A stretch of DNA of 64,000 nt from NCBI GenBank assembly GCA_036918135.1, contig JBALDB010000033.1, positions 1 through 64,000 on the forward strand, in the 5' to 3' direction. Position 1 is the stretch's first letter, and each line of letters opens with the position of its first letter. The notes under the pieces were generated by a model. It was not told the origin of the DNA, did not search any database, and was given only the letters and a program-made list of their open reading frames with translations. The translations under genes were made by a program, and so were the position numbers. Of this stretch, positions 9,301-17,359 are shown piece after piece. The DNA comes from Nostoc sp. (GTDB taxonomy: Bacteria > Cyanobacteriota > Cyanobacteriia > Cyanobacteriales > Nostocaceae).

Positions 9301-10745
9301 ACAAATCTATTGAATTCAGAATTGATCAGCCACTTTATCAAAAGCTTCATCAGCATCTTTTTCCTGGTGATGGTGATGAGCATGGCGCGGTAATTGCAGC
9401 AGGTATCGTAGAAACTCCTCGTGGTATCCGCCTGCTGGCGCGTGAAGTTTTTCTAGCGCAAGACAGGATTGACTATGTACCTGGCACTCGCGGCTACCGT
9501 GCTTTGACTGCAAAGTTTGTAGCTGAGATATCAGGTTACTGTGCAGAACAGAATCTCTGCTACTTCGCCGTACACTGTCATGGCGGTAGAGACGAAGTTT
9601 GTTTCTCTGCTGATGATATGGCATCCCACGAACGAGGGTATCCGGCGCTGCTCGATATTACTCGTGGTGGCCCGGTGGGGGCGCTAGTATTTGCCAAAAA
9701 CGCGGTAGCAGGGGATATCTGGACTCCCTCTGGTCGCTTTCAACTCGACCACATGACCGTCATCGGTTCGCATATTCGGCGACTTTATCCTGCGCCCCAA
9801 CCCCAACTGTGTGCCGCCAATCCCATGTACGACCGCCATGCACGCTTGTTTGGCGATGTCGGACAAGAAATTTTTGCCAATTTAAAGGTGGGAATCATCG
9901 GACTTGGCGGCGGAGGTTCGCTAATTAATGAATGGTTGTCCCACTTGGGAGTTGGACACATCGTCGCCATCGACTTTGACCGCGTTGAATTAACTAATCG
10001 ACCCCGAATTGTTGGCACAAATCCTTGGGACACAATGACTTGGTTAACTAAACAGCCGATTCCGTGGTTGCAAAAACTCGGCAAGCGATTGGCTGCTTAT
10101 AAAGTCCATGTCGCCCGCCGGTTTGCCAAACAAGCTAATCCCTCCATCCGCTATGATGCGGTTGTGGGAAATATCGTCGATGAAGCGATCGCAAGATTGC
10201 TGGTTGATGCTGATTTCTTGTTTTTGGCAGCAGACTCAATGCAAAGCCGTTTAGTTTTTAACGCGCTGGTGCATCAATACCTAATTCCAGGAATGCAAAT
10301 TGGTGCTAAGGTTCCTGTCAATCAGCAAACAAAGCAGGTTGGCGATATTTTTACTGCTACTCGACCCGTACTTCCTTATGCTTATGGTGGTTGCCTGCAC
10401 TGCCATGAATTGATTCCGGCTGGTAGGTTGCAACAAGAAGCATTGAGTGAAGAGGAACGACGAACTCAGCGTTATGTTGAGGATGAAGATATCGCTCAAC
10501 CCAGCGTCATTGCACTCAATGTTAAGTCTGCCGAGCAAGCCGCGAACGATTTTATGATGATGTTCACGGGGCTTTATCAACCAGAAGTCCAACTGTGCCA
10601 TCAATTAAGGTTTGCGCGAGAACGCAGTATTATCAATGTGGAGCCGCGTGCCAACGATGATTGCTTAGATTGTAGCAGCAGTTCTCGGAGTCGTCGCGCC
10701 AGGGGCGATCGCTATCGTCTCCCCTGCCGAATGCCAAAAGCGTAG
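9297..10745 (+). CDS. JAB/MPN peptidase - ThiF/E1 adenylase fusion (BubCD-like)
   Basis: N-terminal JAB: DEHGA...HCH...SADD. C-terminal E1: GLGGGGS, DFDRVELTNRPR, ADS..SR, two CxxC (CLHC, CLDC). The ATG at 9297 overlaps the E2 stop (ATGA). Confidence 0.88.
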   Translation: MNKSIEFRIDQPLYQKLHQHLFPGDGDEHGAVIAAGIVETPRGIRLLAREVFLAQDRIDYVPGTRGYRALTAKFVAEISGYCAEQNLCYFAVHCHGGRDEVCFSADDMASHERGYPALLDITRGGPVGALVFAKNAVAGDIWTPSGRFQLDHMTVIGSHIRRLYPAPQPQLCAANPMYDRHARLFGDVGQEIFANLKVGIIGLGGGGSLINEWLSHLGVGHIVAIDFDRVELTNRPRIVGTNPWDTMTWLTKQPIPWLQKLGKRLAAYKVHVARRFAKQANPSIRYDAVVGNIVDEAIARLLVDADFLFLAADSMQSRLVFNALVHQYLIPGMQIGAKVPVNQQTKQVGDIFTATRPVLPYAYGGCLHCHELIPAGRLQQEALSEEERRTQRYVEDEDIAQPSVIALNVKSAEQAANDFMMMFTGLYQPEVQLCHQLRFARERSIINVEPRANDDCLDCSSSSRSRRARGDRYRLPCRMPKA

Positions 10746-10754
10746 CAGTTACAG

Positions 10755-11183
10755 CTAATCACCAAGCAACACTCGAATAGCCTTTAATGCAGCACTCCGC
10801 CGCCCATTACTCACTTTAGAAAACCAGTAATGGGACTCCTCATTACTCATCGCTGTAATCCCAGCAGTAATATTAGCAATCCGTTCTGGTTTAGAGAGGG
10901 GCTGCAATACTTGAAACAACAGTGCTAAGTTTACTCCCGACTCTTCATCAAGAACGTAAGGTGACTGGCGACTATGACTTAGGGTTTTTGGGTCGTAATT
11001 GTTACCTTTCAAGCAATTATATATTGCCTGTTTCGCCTGCACTAAAGCATTGCCCTTTAGTCGCCCAATGCACTTGGCTGCTGCCCTCTTTTTTTCTCCA
11101 GCCTTTTTATAGGCACACTGGTACAACTCAAGGGCAAAGTTATTATTGTCTGTAGGAACCACTCGCAGTTGAAACTCTTGCAT
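10755..11183 (-). CDS. Small conserved-looking protein of the DUF499 operon (DUF3780-position)
   Basis: 142 aa, 2 nt after the DUF499 stop; C-terminal EESHYWFSK...AALKAIRVLL resembles small partners that follow DUF499 genes. Confidence 0.6.
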   Translation of the reverse strand: MQEFQLRVVPTDNNNFALELYQCAYKKAGEKKRAAAKCIGRLKGNALVQAKQAIYNCLKGNNYDPKTLSHSRQSPYVLDEESGVNLALLFQVLQPLSKPERIANITAGITAMSNEESHYWFSKVSNGRRSAALKAIRVLLGD

Positions 11184-11185
11184 CT

Positions 11186-14100
11186 TTAGTAAGTCACTTT
11201 AGCCATCAAGTTCAGCCGTTCAACCGGGTTACGATTAAGGGCACCTTTGATAGTACTGATTTCTGCGCCGTTTGGTTGCACTGGAGATGAAAATTCAAAT
11301 ACCAGCTTCAGCGACACGTCAGCTTTTACATCTGGGCTACTTAGCAAAGTGTTAACAGCCCCCTGAAAACTCTGAAATCCTTTGACTGGCCCTTGGTACT
11401 CTAACCTGATAAACTGTTCATTAACAGTAATAGTTGCCGTTTGGTCGATTTGCAAGGGTAGCTTGATCAACATAGGGAAAGCCGTCATCGACTTGCGGTA
11501 GTCCATTACTTGCCCAACGGAGATTTCCAACGACTGGATACCCTGAACTTGATTATCTTGAATGCGATCGCTTAATTCATTAAACACCCGATCGAGTGTT
11601 CCCTCCAAGTCAAATTCTTCTGGTTTAGCTTTAAACAGAGATAAATCATTCCAGTCATCGCCAATTTTTTCGCTACCGTTAGGTGTGCGGGGTGTACCAG
11701 TACCGTAGGTTAAGATGCTTGCTGGGGTTTCCCTCTCCTCTACTTCGCCATTGCCGTAGTCAGCTACAATTTTGAAAGTTGTGGTTTTAGCGATCGCTGT
11801 CTCATGTTCATCACTAGGGCGAAACTCTCCTGCAACCAAATTCCCATCTTGATACAGCTTAATCGTCAAAGCCCCCGATGCTTTCCACCGTATCCGCACA
11901 GGTTTTACCGATTCTGTACTGGACAAGACTTGAGCATTCAGTTCAATTTCTCGCGGTTTTGGTGGTTCCAGAATTCCCCGGCGGTAGAGTTCCATCCGCT
12001 CAGAAAATTCTATGGAGTCAGGTAGGGTAAACTTCCCGTCATCAGTTTTAATAAACAGCTTTTCTCCTACTTTCATATCCCAGTTACCAGTCTGCAACCC
12101 TTGGCGGATGGTATCTCGGAGCTTTGAGATTTCGGCATCGACAAATATATTTAAACTCAAATCTTTGGCGAAAGCTTCTTTTAATGCTTTAGTTGTCCAA
12201 TGGTTTAACCCAGACAGCCATACCTTCTGCAAAATATAAGCAGGGGCGTAGGATGGTGCGTCATCAGCACGAATTTTTTGACAATCTTTCAGTGCTTTTA
12301 AGATGACATCTTGTTGATTATTTTTACCCTTCACATCGCTAGAATCTTGGGCAGGAAGGGTATAGTGCATCAACCCCTTGGGAGCTTTTACTGGGTCATT
12401 AGCAGGGTAAAATAAATGGCGGTAGGCATTTGTTAAAGATACTCTTACCCCTAAATCATGAGAACCTTTTTTATCTTTGAGTTGTTTTTGCTGATTTTCT
12501 GATAAATCTTGCAAGCGATTGGGAGAATTTAGAATATTTTGAATAGCCCGAAACTCCCTAGCATTGTCAATTGCTCGTTCTAATTCTTGCCTGTTGGCAA
12601 CTAAAAATAACAACCGATTTCTAAAAGTACGGAATTTACCTGATTCACCTGTTTCATTAAAAATTTTCTCCACCATTGGCGGTGGCCCTTCGGTAGTTAC
12701 AGAAATAGTCGCCTCGTTAAAGTCAATTAAACACAGGGCAATACTATCGGACACGTCATCCACATCTGCTGGTGATTCCGGTGCAATAACTAACGTCAGT
12801 AGTCTATTAGCAAAAATGGCATCGCGGCGACTTCGTAAATCATCCTTCGCCTCGGTAATTCCAACTTGAGCTTTTTCTTCGGCAATAATTTTATTGATTG
12901 ATGGTTCTTCCTTGAAACGAGCCAAAGTTGTCATTGGATCATTTTCCAAGTACCAAGCAACTTCACTCAACCTTTCTAAGGCAGTATCAACAAAACCAAT
13001 TTCTAGCCCTGGTGTCAACAAAGATAAATTTAATTCGGCGCGACGAATCCCTGCCGATATACCTTGAGTGATGGAATGCAAAAAAATAGTCCGAGCTACC
13101 CAGGTTGAAAAGGGAGGTTTACCAGCAGCAATCCATTCTGCATCTTGTAACTGAGCGTGTGCCTCTCTACCATCTTTGTTGTAAATGTCTGCTTGGATCG
13201 TAATCCGCATCAAAGGACGTTCCAAACGGGCAGTTAAATCGCTGGTGATTTCTTCCTCAATACCAACAGGAATGTGGTGAGAATGAATTAGCGGTATCCA
13301 TGCAGTAGTATCGTCCCACAGATAACGTATAACTCCAGCAAATAACCGCAAAGCGCCTCTGGTGCGTTGGAAGTTTGGGATGGAGGCAATCTTTTTAGTC
13401 AGCAGATTAAATAATTCCGGGTGGAAGGGATAACTCTGCTCGATACTATCGGCATAGCGTGCATCTTTGCAACCATCTGGTAAATTAATCCGACTAGCTT
13501 TATAAGTTTGTAAATATTCTTTTGAAGCATTATTGGCAGCATTAGCTTCAATACTGCTGAACATCCTCTGTTTAACTATATTGTAAATTTCAATATCAGT
13601 GCTGGGTTTAATGATCCGCTCTTGCCTCGCGGTAGCGGAAATGGTTTCCCGGATTTCGGTGGTTTCTTCGCCAAAACTGTCAGTGGAGGAAGCCAGCGTG
13701 TAAACAAATACTAAATTATTACAAGATGCTGCTAAATCCATGAGGGCGAATAAAAAAGCAACTACCTGTCCGGCTAAGTTGCTGTTACCAACTAGAGTAG
13801 CCTTGGCTTTTCTCAGGTATGAGGCAATTTCGTCGATGATAATGACTGTGGGTTGCCCTTGGATTATCCTTTCTAAAACCACTGTGCCTGGACTGACTCG
13901 CTGTTCATCAGAACCTTTAAGCAAGCTATAACCTGCTACACCATTAATTTGATAAGCAATTTCTCCCCAAAGGGTATAAGTGGTAACGCCAGTGTCCGCA
14001 TGGTAAACACCGTTAACTGGATCTAGGTCTTGGCAAGCTAAAGCAGCTGCTTGAATCGGTCGGTCTGGAATTAAATTAATATTGTCAGTAAAACGGTCTA

Positions 14101-14422
14101 GTCCAGGAATCTCTCGTCCATGTTTAGCAATATGCCACAAAGCAATTTCATCGTGGGTTTTACCACCACCAAAGCTGGTTTCTAGTCGGATAATGGGGGA
14201 GCCGACAGCAGCGCCCACTAGCCGCCCAAACACTTCCGAGATTAAAGTTTTCAAACCATCGGTAGCAAATGTATTGGCGAAAAAGGCTGTGGGGTCTTGG
14301 TAGACTTGGGGCGCTTTCCCTTCCACAACCAGTCGTAGCTTGGCGGCGAATAATTCGGGGGAGAGTTCCCCTGCTAAAATTTCTTCTCTGGGAAGACACG
14401 TTTGAAATACTGGCGAAAGCAT
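11186..14422 (-). CDS. DUF499-family AAA+ ATPase (BrxC/PglY-related)
   Basis: 1078 aa. FFANTFATDGL, Walker A TSFGGGKTH, Walker B IIIDEI, SYPFHPEL, FQRTRGALRL. Confidence 0.9.
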   Translation of the reverse strand: MLSPVFQTCLPREEILAGELSPELFAAKLRLVVEGKAPQVYQDPTAFFANTFATDGLKTLISEVFGRLVGAAVGSPIIRLETSFGGGKTHDEIALWHIAKHGREIPGLDRFTDNINLIPDRPIQAAALACQDLDPVNGVYHADTGVTTYTLWGEIAYQINGVAGYSLLKGSDEQRVSPGTVVLERIIQGQPTVIIIDEIASYLRKAKATLVGNSNLAGQVVAFLFALMDLAASCNNLVFVYTLASSTDSFGEETTEIRETISATARQERIIKPSTDIEIYNIVKQRMFSSIEANAANNASKEYLQTYKASRINLPDGCKDARYADSIEQSYPFHPELFNLLTKKIASIPNFQRTRGALRLFAGVIRYLWDDTTAWIPLIHSHHIPVGIEEEITSDLTARLERPLMRITIQADIYNKDGREAHAQLQDAEWIAAGKPPFSTWVARTIFLHSITQGISAGIRRAELNLSLLTPGLEIGFVDTALERLSEVAWYLENDPMTTLARFKEEPSINKIIAEEKAQVGITEAKDDLRSRRDAIFANRLLTLVIAPESPADVDDVSDSIALCLIDFNEATISVTTEGPPPMVEKIFNETGESGKFRTFRNRLLFLVANRQELERAIDNAREFRAIQNILNSPNRLQDLSENQQKQLKDKKGSHDLGVRVSLTNAYRHLFYPANDPVKAPKGLMHYTLPAQDSSDVKGKNNQQDVILKALKDCQKIRADDAPSYAPAYILQKVWLSGLNHWTTKALKEAFAKDLSLNIFVDAEISKLRDTIRQGLQTGNWDMKVGEKLFIKTDDGKFTLPDSIEFSERMELYRRGILEPPKPREIELNAQVLSSTESVKPVRIRWKASGALTIKLYQDGNLVAGEFRPSDEHETAIAKTTTFKIVADYGNGEVEERETPASILTYGTGTPRTPNGSEKIGDDWNDLSLFKAKPEEFDLEGTLDRVFNELSDRIQDNQVQGIQSLEISVGQVMDYRKSMTAFPMLIKLPLQIDQTATITVNEQFIRLEYQGPVKGFQSFQGAVNTLLSSPDVKADVSLKLVFEFSSPVQPNGAEISTIKGALNRNPVERLNLMAKVTY

Positions 14423-14561
14423 TGGTATATATCAATAGTTGTTAATTGACAGTTAACTAACAACCGCCAACAGTAGCTTGTTGTTAAATATACAACTTAT
14501 ATTAATAAGTATAAGTGTAAAAAATTCTGATTTCCATAATATTGTAAGTAACAAGAGATTT

Positions 14562-14594
14562 GCGATCGCCTCCGGCGGGCGAGTACGCCGTCGC
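14562..14594. repeat. HIP1-associated short dispersed repeat (SDR-like); HIP1 GCGATCGC is abundant across the window
   Basis: gcgatcgcctccggcgggcgagtacgccgtcgc; related elements near 17230-17266, 35973-36007 and 51300-51330. Confidence 0.55.
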
Positions 14595-14649
14595 ACTTCA
14601 TGTAGTGCCAGGGTGCGTTCATCAAGGTTCTGTAATGTTCGTGCATCAC

Positions 14650-14967
14650 TCATTTGAACAATGACAATTGACCAGGAGAAATATTGCCTCGTCGGAATCG
14701 ATGGTAGTAAAGATGACAGCCACTTTATATAGACAACAACAACCAATTCTACAACGTGGAAAGATTTTCTAAGCGATTGTCAGAAGGATCAAAATTAAAG
14801 TGGTGTACCTGAAGTGTATAGACTCGGCGCTGGGATAAAGTTAGCTCTGGTGGCTTTTGTCCAGGACGCAGGCAAACGCGATTGCATCTAGTACAGCGCC
14901 AATCAAAAGATTCTTTGATAGAGGTGGCGATTTCTTTCCAATTCTGGGGATAGCGGCTGGTACTCAT
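14650..14967 (-). pseudogene. HNH endonuclease interrupted by an in-frame stop-containing segment
   Basis: RYPQNW..CTRC..VHH..DPSDNRLENL, then TAG + 24 nt (containing a second stop), then in the same frame SGCHLYYHRFRRGNISPGQLSLFK* (stop 14650-14652). Confidence 0.75.
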
Positions 14968-15314
14968 GAAAATACTTGAGAGAGCAACAACATGAGGTAA
15001 TTCTAATCGATTAAGTACTCTTAAGGTAGTATTTGTGGCACGGAAACGTGTTTAGAGCTTTGATGAGTATAGTACAGACAGCTTTTATACCAACAATAGA
15101 ATCAGGACTAAAAGTGATTGAGAAGTGGTGAGGCAGAAAGCGATCGCCTAACTATCTCCTAAGTACAAAAGAATATTTATTACGCTTTCAATAATATTAA
15201 TATTTAAAGCTGCTATTTTGAGCAAAAAAAATTCTAGCACTCGTGAGAGAAATTAAACTGGTGTTATGCCAAAAATCAACAAGTGTGTAGGCGTATTTAA
15301 AATTAATAAAAATA

Positions 15315-16004
15315 CTAACTTACCGGATGATATAATCCCGTATTTTCGTTAAATTCCCACCCCATACCCGATTTATCCTTGCCCTTGCACCATGCCACAA
15401 AAAGCGGTGGGTGCAGCTTCAGAAGCTGCTCGCGTACAGTTTCTTGACTTACACCAAGTCTAGAAGCTAAACCTTCTTCCGTTAATGGTTGAATTCGCGG
15501 AGTTTGCCCTTTGAAGGATGAATTGTTGTACGATTTATTAGCCCGTCTTGGTTGATTGTTGAGATAGTTTTGAATTTTGATAATTGCCTCTGCCAACTGT
15601 GTCATTCGGGTTGTCATCCCCTCCACTTTTTGTTCTAAATCGGTGAGATTATGGATTGCTCCGGTTTCGTTGCTATTAGATTCACTTGAAAACTGTGACT
15701 CCAGCTTATCAAGTCGTGAGCAAATAGCTAATATCGTTTCATTCGTAAGACTGGCGTTACTATTGTTACCAGCAACCAAGTACTCCTCAACACTTGCCTT
15801 AATCTTAGAGTCCAGACGTTTATCTAAATTATTGCCACCAATTGCATCAAGATTATCTAGATCATCTAGGTAGAGTTCGATAAATTGGGTCAGCGTGGCT
15901 GTTGCCGTCGTCCCTTTCGACTTACAACGGGCAATAAACTGCTCCCACATCTTTTGGTCGCAGTTAAAAGATGCCAGTTTCTTATTTTTCCCTGTTTGGC
16001 TCAT
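15315..16004 (-). CDS. Hypothetical DNA-binding protein (N-terminal ribbon-helix-helix-like, coiled coil, C-terminal HTH-like)
   Basis: 229 aa: LASFNCDQKMWEQFIARCKSKGTTATATLTQFI (RHH-like) and LTEEGLASRLGVS (HTH-like). Confidence 0.65.
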   Translation of the reverse strand: MSQTGKNKKLASFNCDQKMWEQFIARCKSKGTTATATLTQFIELYLDDLDNLDAIGGNNLDKRLDSKIKASVEEYLVAGNNSNASLTNETILAICSRLDKLESQFSSESNSNETGAIHNLTDLEQKVEGMTTRMTQLAEAIIKIQNYLNNQPRRANKSYNNSSFKGQTPRIQPLTEEGLASRLGVSQETVREQLLKLHPPLFVAWCKGKDKSGMGWEFNENTGLYHPVS

Positions 16005-16177
16005 GTCTAGGTAATGTCTAGGTAAATCTGGACTCTCCGCGACTGAGTGAGCGTGTCATCCATCTTGATAACTACCTTGACACTATCATTTTGGAGCGCA
16101 TGAGTGCGATGGCGTACCCGCTCGGGTGATCGCCTCTACCAAAAAGCAGTCAGATTACTACTGTCTGCAACAGTTAG

Positions 16178-16732
16178 TTAGCCACTGTTGGAGTTGTTCA
16201 GGAGTCGTTGGCGCTCAATTAGCTCGACTACACTGGCGATGGTTTGGGCATCCACCCCAGTGGTATCCCGATATGTCTTTACCTTTTCCAACTCCACATC
16301 TTCTAGCGTGTAGCTGCACACACCCAACTTGCGGGCAAACTTCACCAACGATTTAATGCTACTCAAGCGACGGTTGACCGTTGCTTCCTTCAACCCAAGA
16401 GCCAGTAGCTTGGCCTTATATTTCAACACCACCGCCACCGCCCGTTTCTCAGTCAGGTGCAGAAATTCCAACACGCTATCAACATTCGGCTCAATACCAG
16501 TCATCGCCACAAAAAATTTCCGCAAATCTTTCTGGTATTCGCGCCGCGTGCTGGATGCGCGAATATTGGCGAGCATCAAAGCAATGATATCCTGTTCATC
16601 CTCTGTTGCGGCAAAATACCGCTCAATTGGGGCTAAGAGAGATTTTTTTAATGACTCTACCGCATGATCAAATCCGGTATCATCGTTTGCTTTTGGGGAT
16701 GCACGCTCTTGGGGATATGAAGTATCAGACAT
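16178..16732 (-). pseudogene. Truncated tyrosine recombinase/integrase (core-binding domain only)
   Basis: STRREYQKDLRKF...LKEATVNRRLSSIKSLV...YRDTTG. The ORF stops before any R-HxxR-Y catalytic residues. Confidence 0.8.
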
Positions 16733-16889
16733 AGCATTGGGCGCGAAAATGGTGTTTTTCGATATCAAATCTATTCTCCCCTTCTTTGCCGTGTCTGACT
16801 CAGTTTGAAGCGACAAATTTTCAATTATACGTCTTCTACATAAATGTAATTTAATATACTAAGGCAATCCTAAATCAGTCGTGAGATAA

Positions 16890-16998
16890 TATGGTGTTGC
16901 GTGTTGGCAAATGAGTTGGTACTTCTCATCTATGAGGTCAAGCAGGGTATGAAACAGAGGCGCAAGGATATTAAAGGTCGCTAATAGGGTTAAGTTGC
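16890..16998 (-). mobile_element. Short transposase remnant (ISNCY-like C-terminal segment)
   Basis: Minus strand reads LLATFNILAPLFHTLLDLIDEKYQLI, resembling cyanobacterial ISNCY transposase C-termini; no full ORF. Confidence 0.45.
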
Positions 16999-17068
16999 GT
17001 TTTTGCAGGATATGGTTGATCCCAGTTTTGTGTCATTGGTGAAGAGGGAGTGAGTACGGTGGTGTCAT

Positions 17069-17222
17069 CTCACATCTTGCACCAATAAAATTGATGAATT
17101 TTGAATACTCAGTATTAAACCAAAACCCTTTATGTAGCGATAAAAGTTTATAAAAATAAGGTAGCTTTATTGCCCATCTTTTTATGTTGCCTGGGTTTGT
17201 ACGTAGAGGTGCAAGACATGAG
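17069..17222. mobile_element. MITE-like element, 154 bp
   Basis: Terminal inverted repeats CTCACATCTTGCACC (17069-17083) and GGTGCAAGACATGAG (17208-17222), 13/15 match. Confidence 0.6.
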
Positions 17223-17359
17223 CCTCCGACTAGCGGCGAATGCCTCCGGCACGCTTCGCGATCGCCCCTAGCAACAAATGAAAGAAGCACATTTTTCGAA
17301 AATGCTAAAACCCTTGCTGTATCAGGATTGTCAAATGTGCATCTTAGGAGTCATCGTGT

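Noticed and set aside
7374..10745. CBASS type II (Cap2/Cap3)
   Set aside because: No CD-NTase or effector is present; there is a standalone Ubl and the fusion is JAB-E1 rather than E2-E1.
9297..10745. Housekeeping MoeB/ThiF for cofactor synthesis
   Set aside because: No rhodanese domain or thi/moa genes nearby, the partner lacks a GG end, an E2-like gene is present and the context is a defence island.
109..14422. Canonical DISARM or BREX call
   Set aside because: DrmA/DrmB and PglZ/BrxL were not found in the window; only the DUF499/DUF1156/SNF2 set is supported.
14453..14746. 97-aa minus-strand ORF as a real gene
   Set aside because: It is an alternative frame over the HNH pseudogene tail and a dispersed repeat, with no recognisable motif.
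16178..16732. Active heterocyst excision element recombinase (Xis-type)
   Set aside because: The catalytic domain is missing and no interrupted nif/hup/fdx gene halves are visible.
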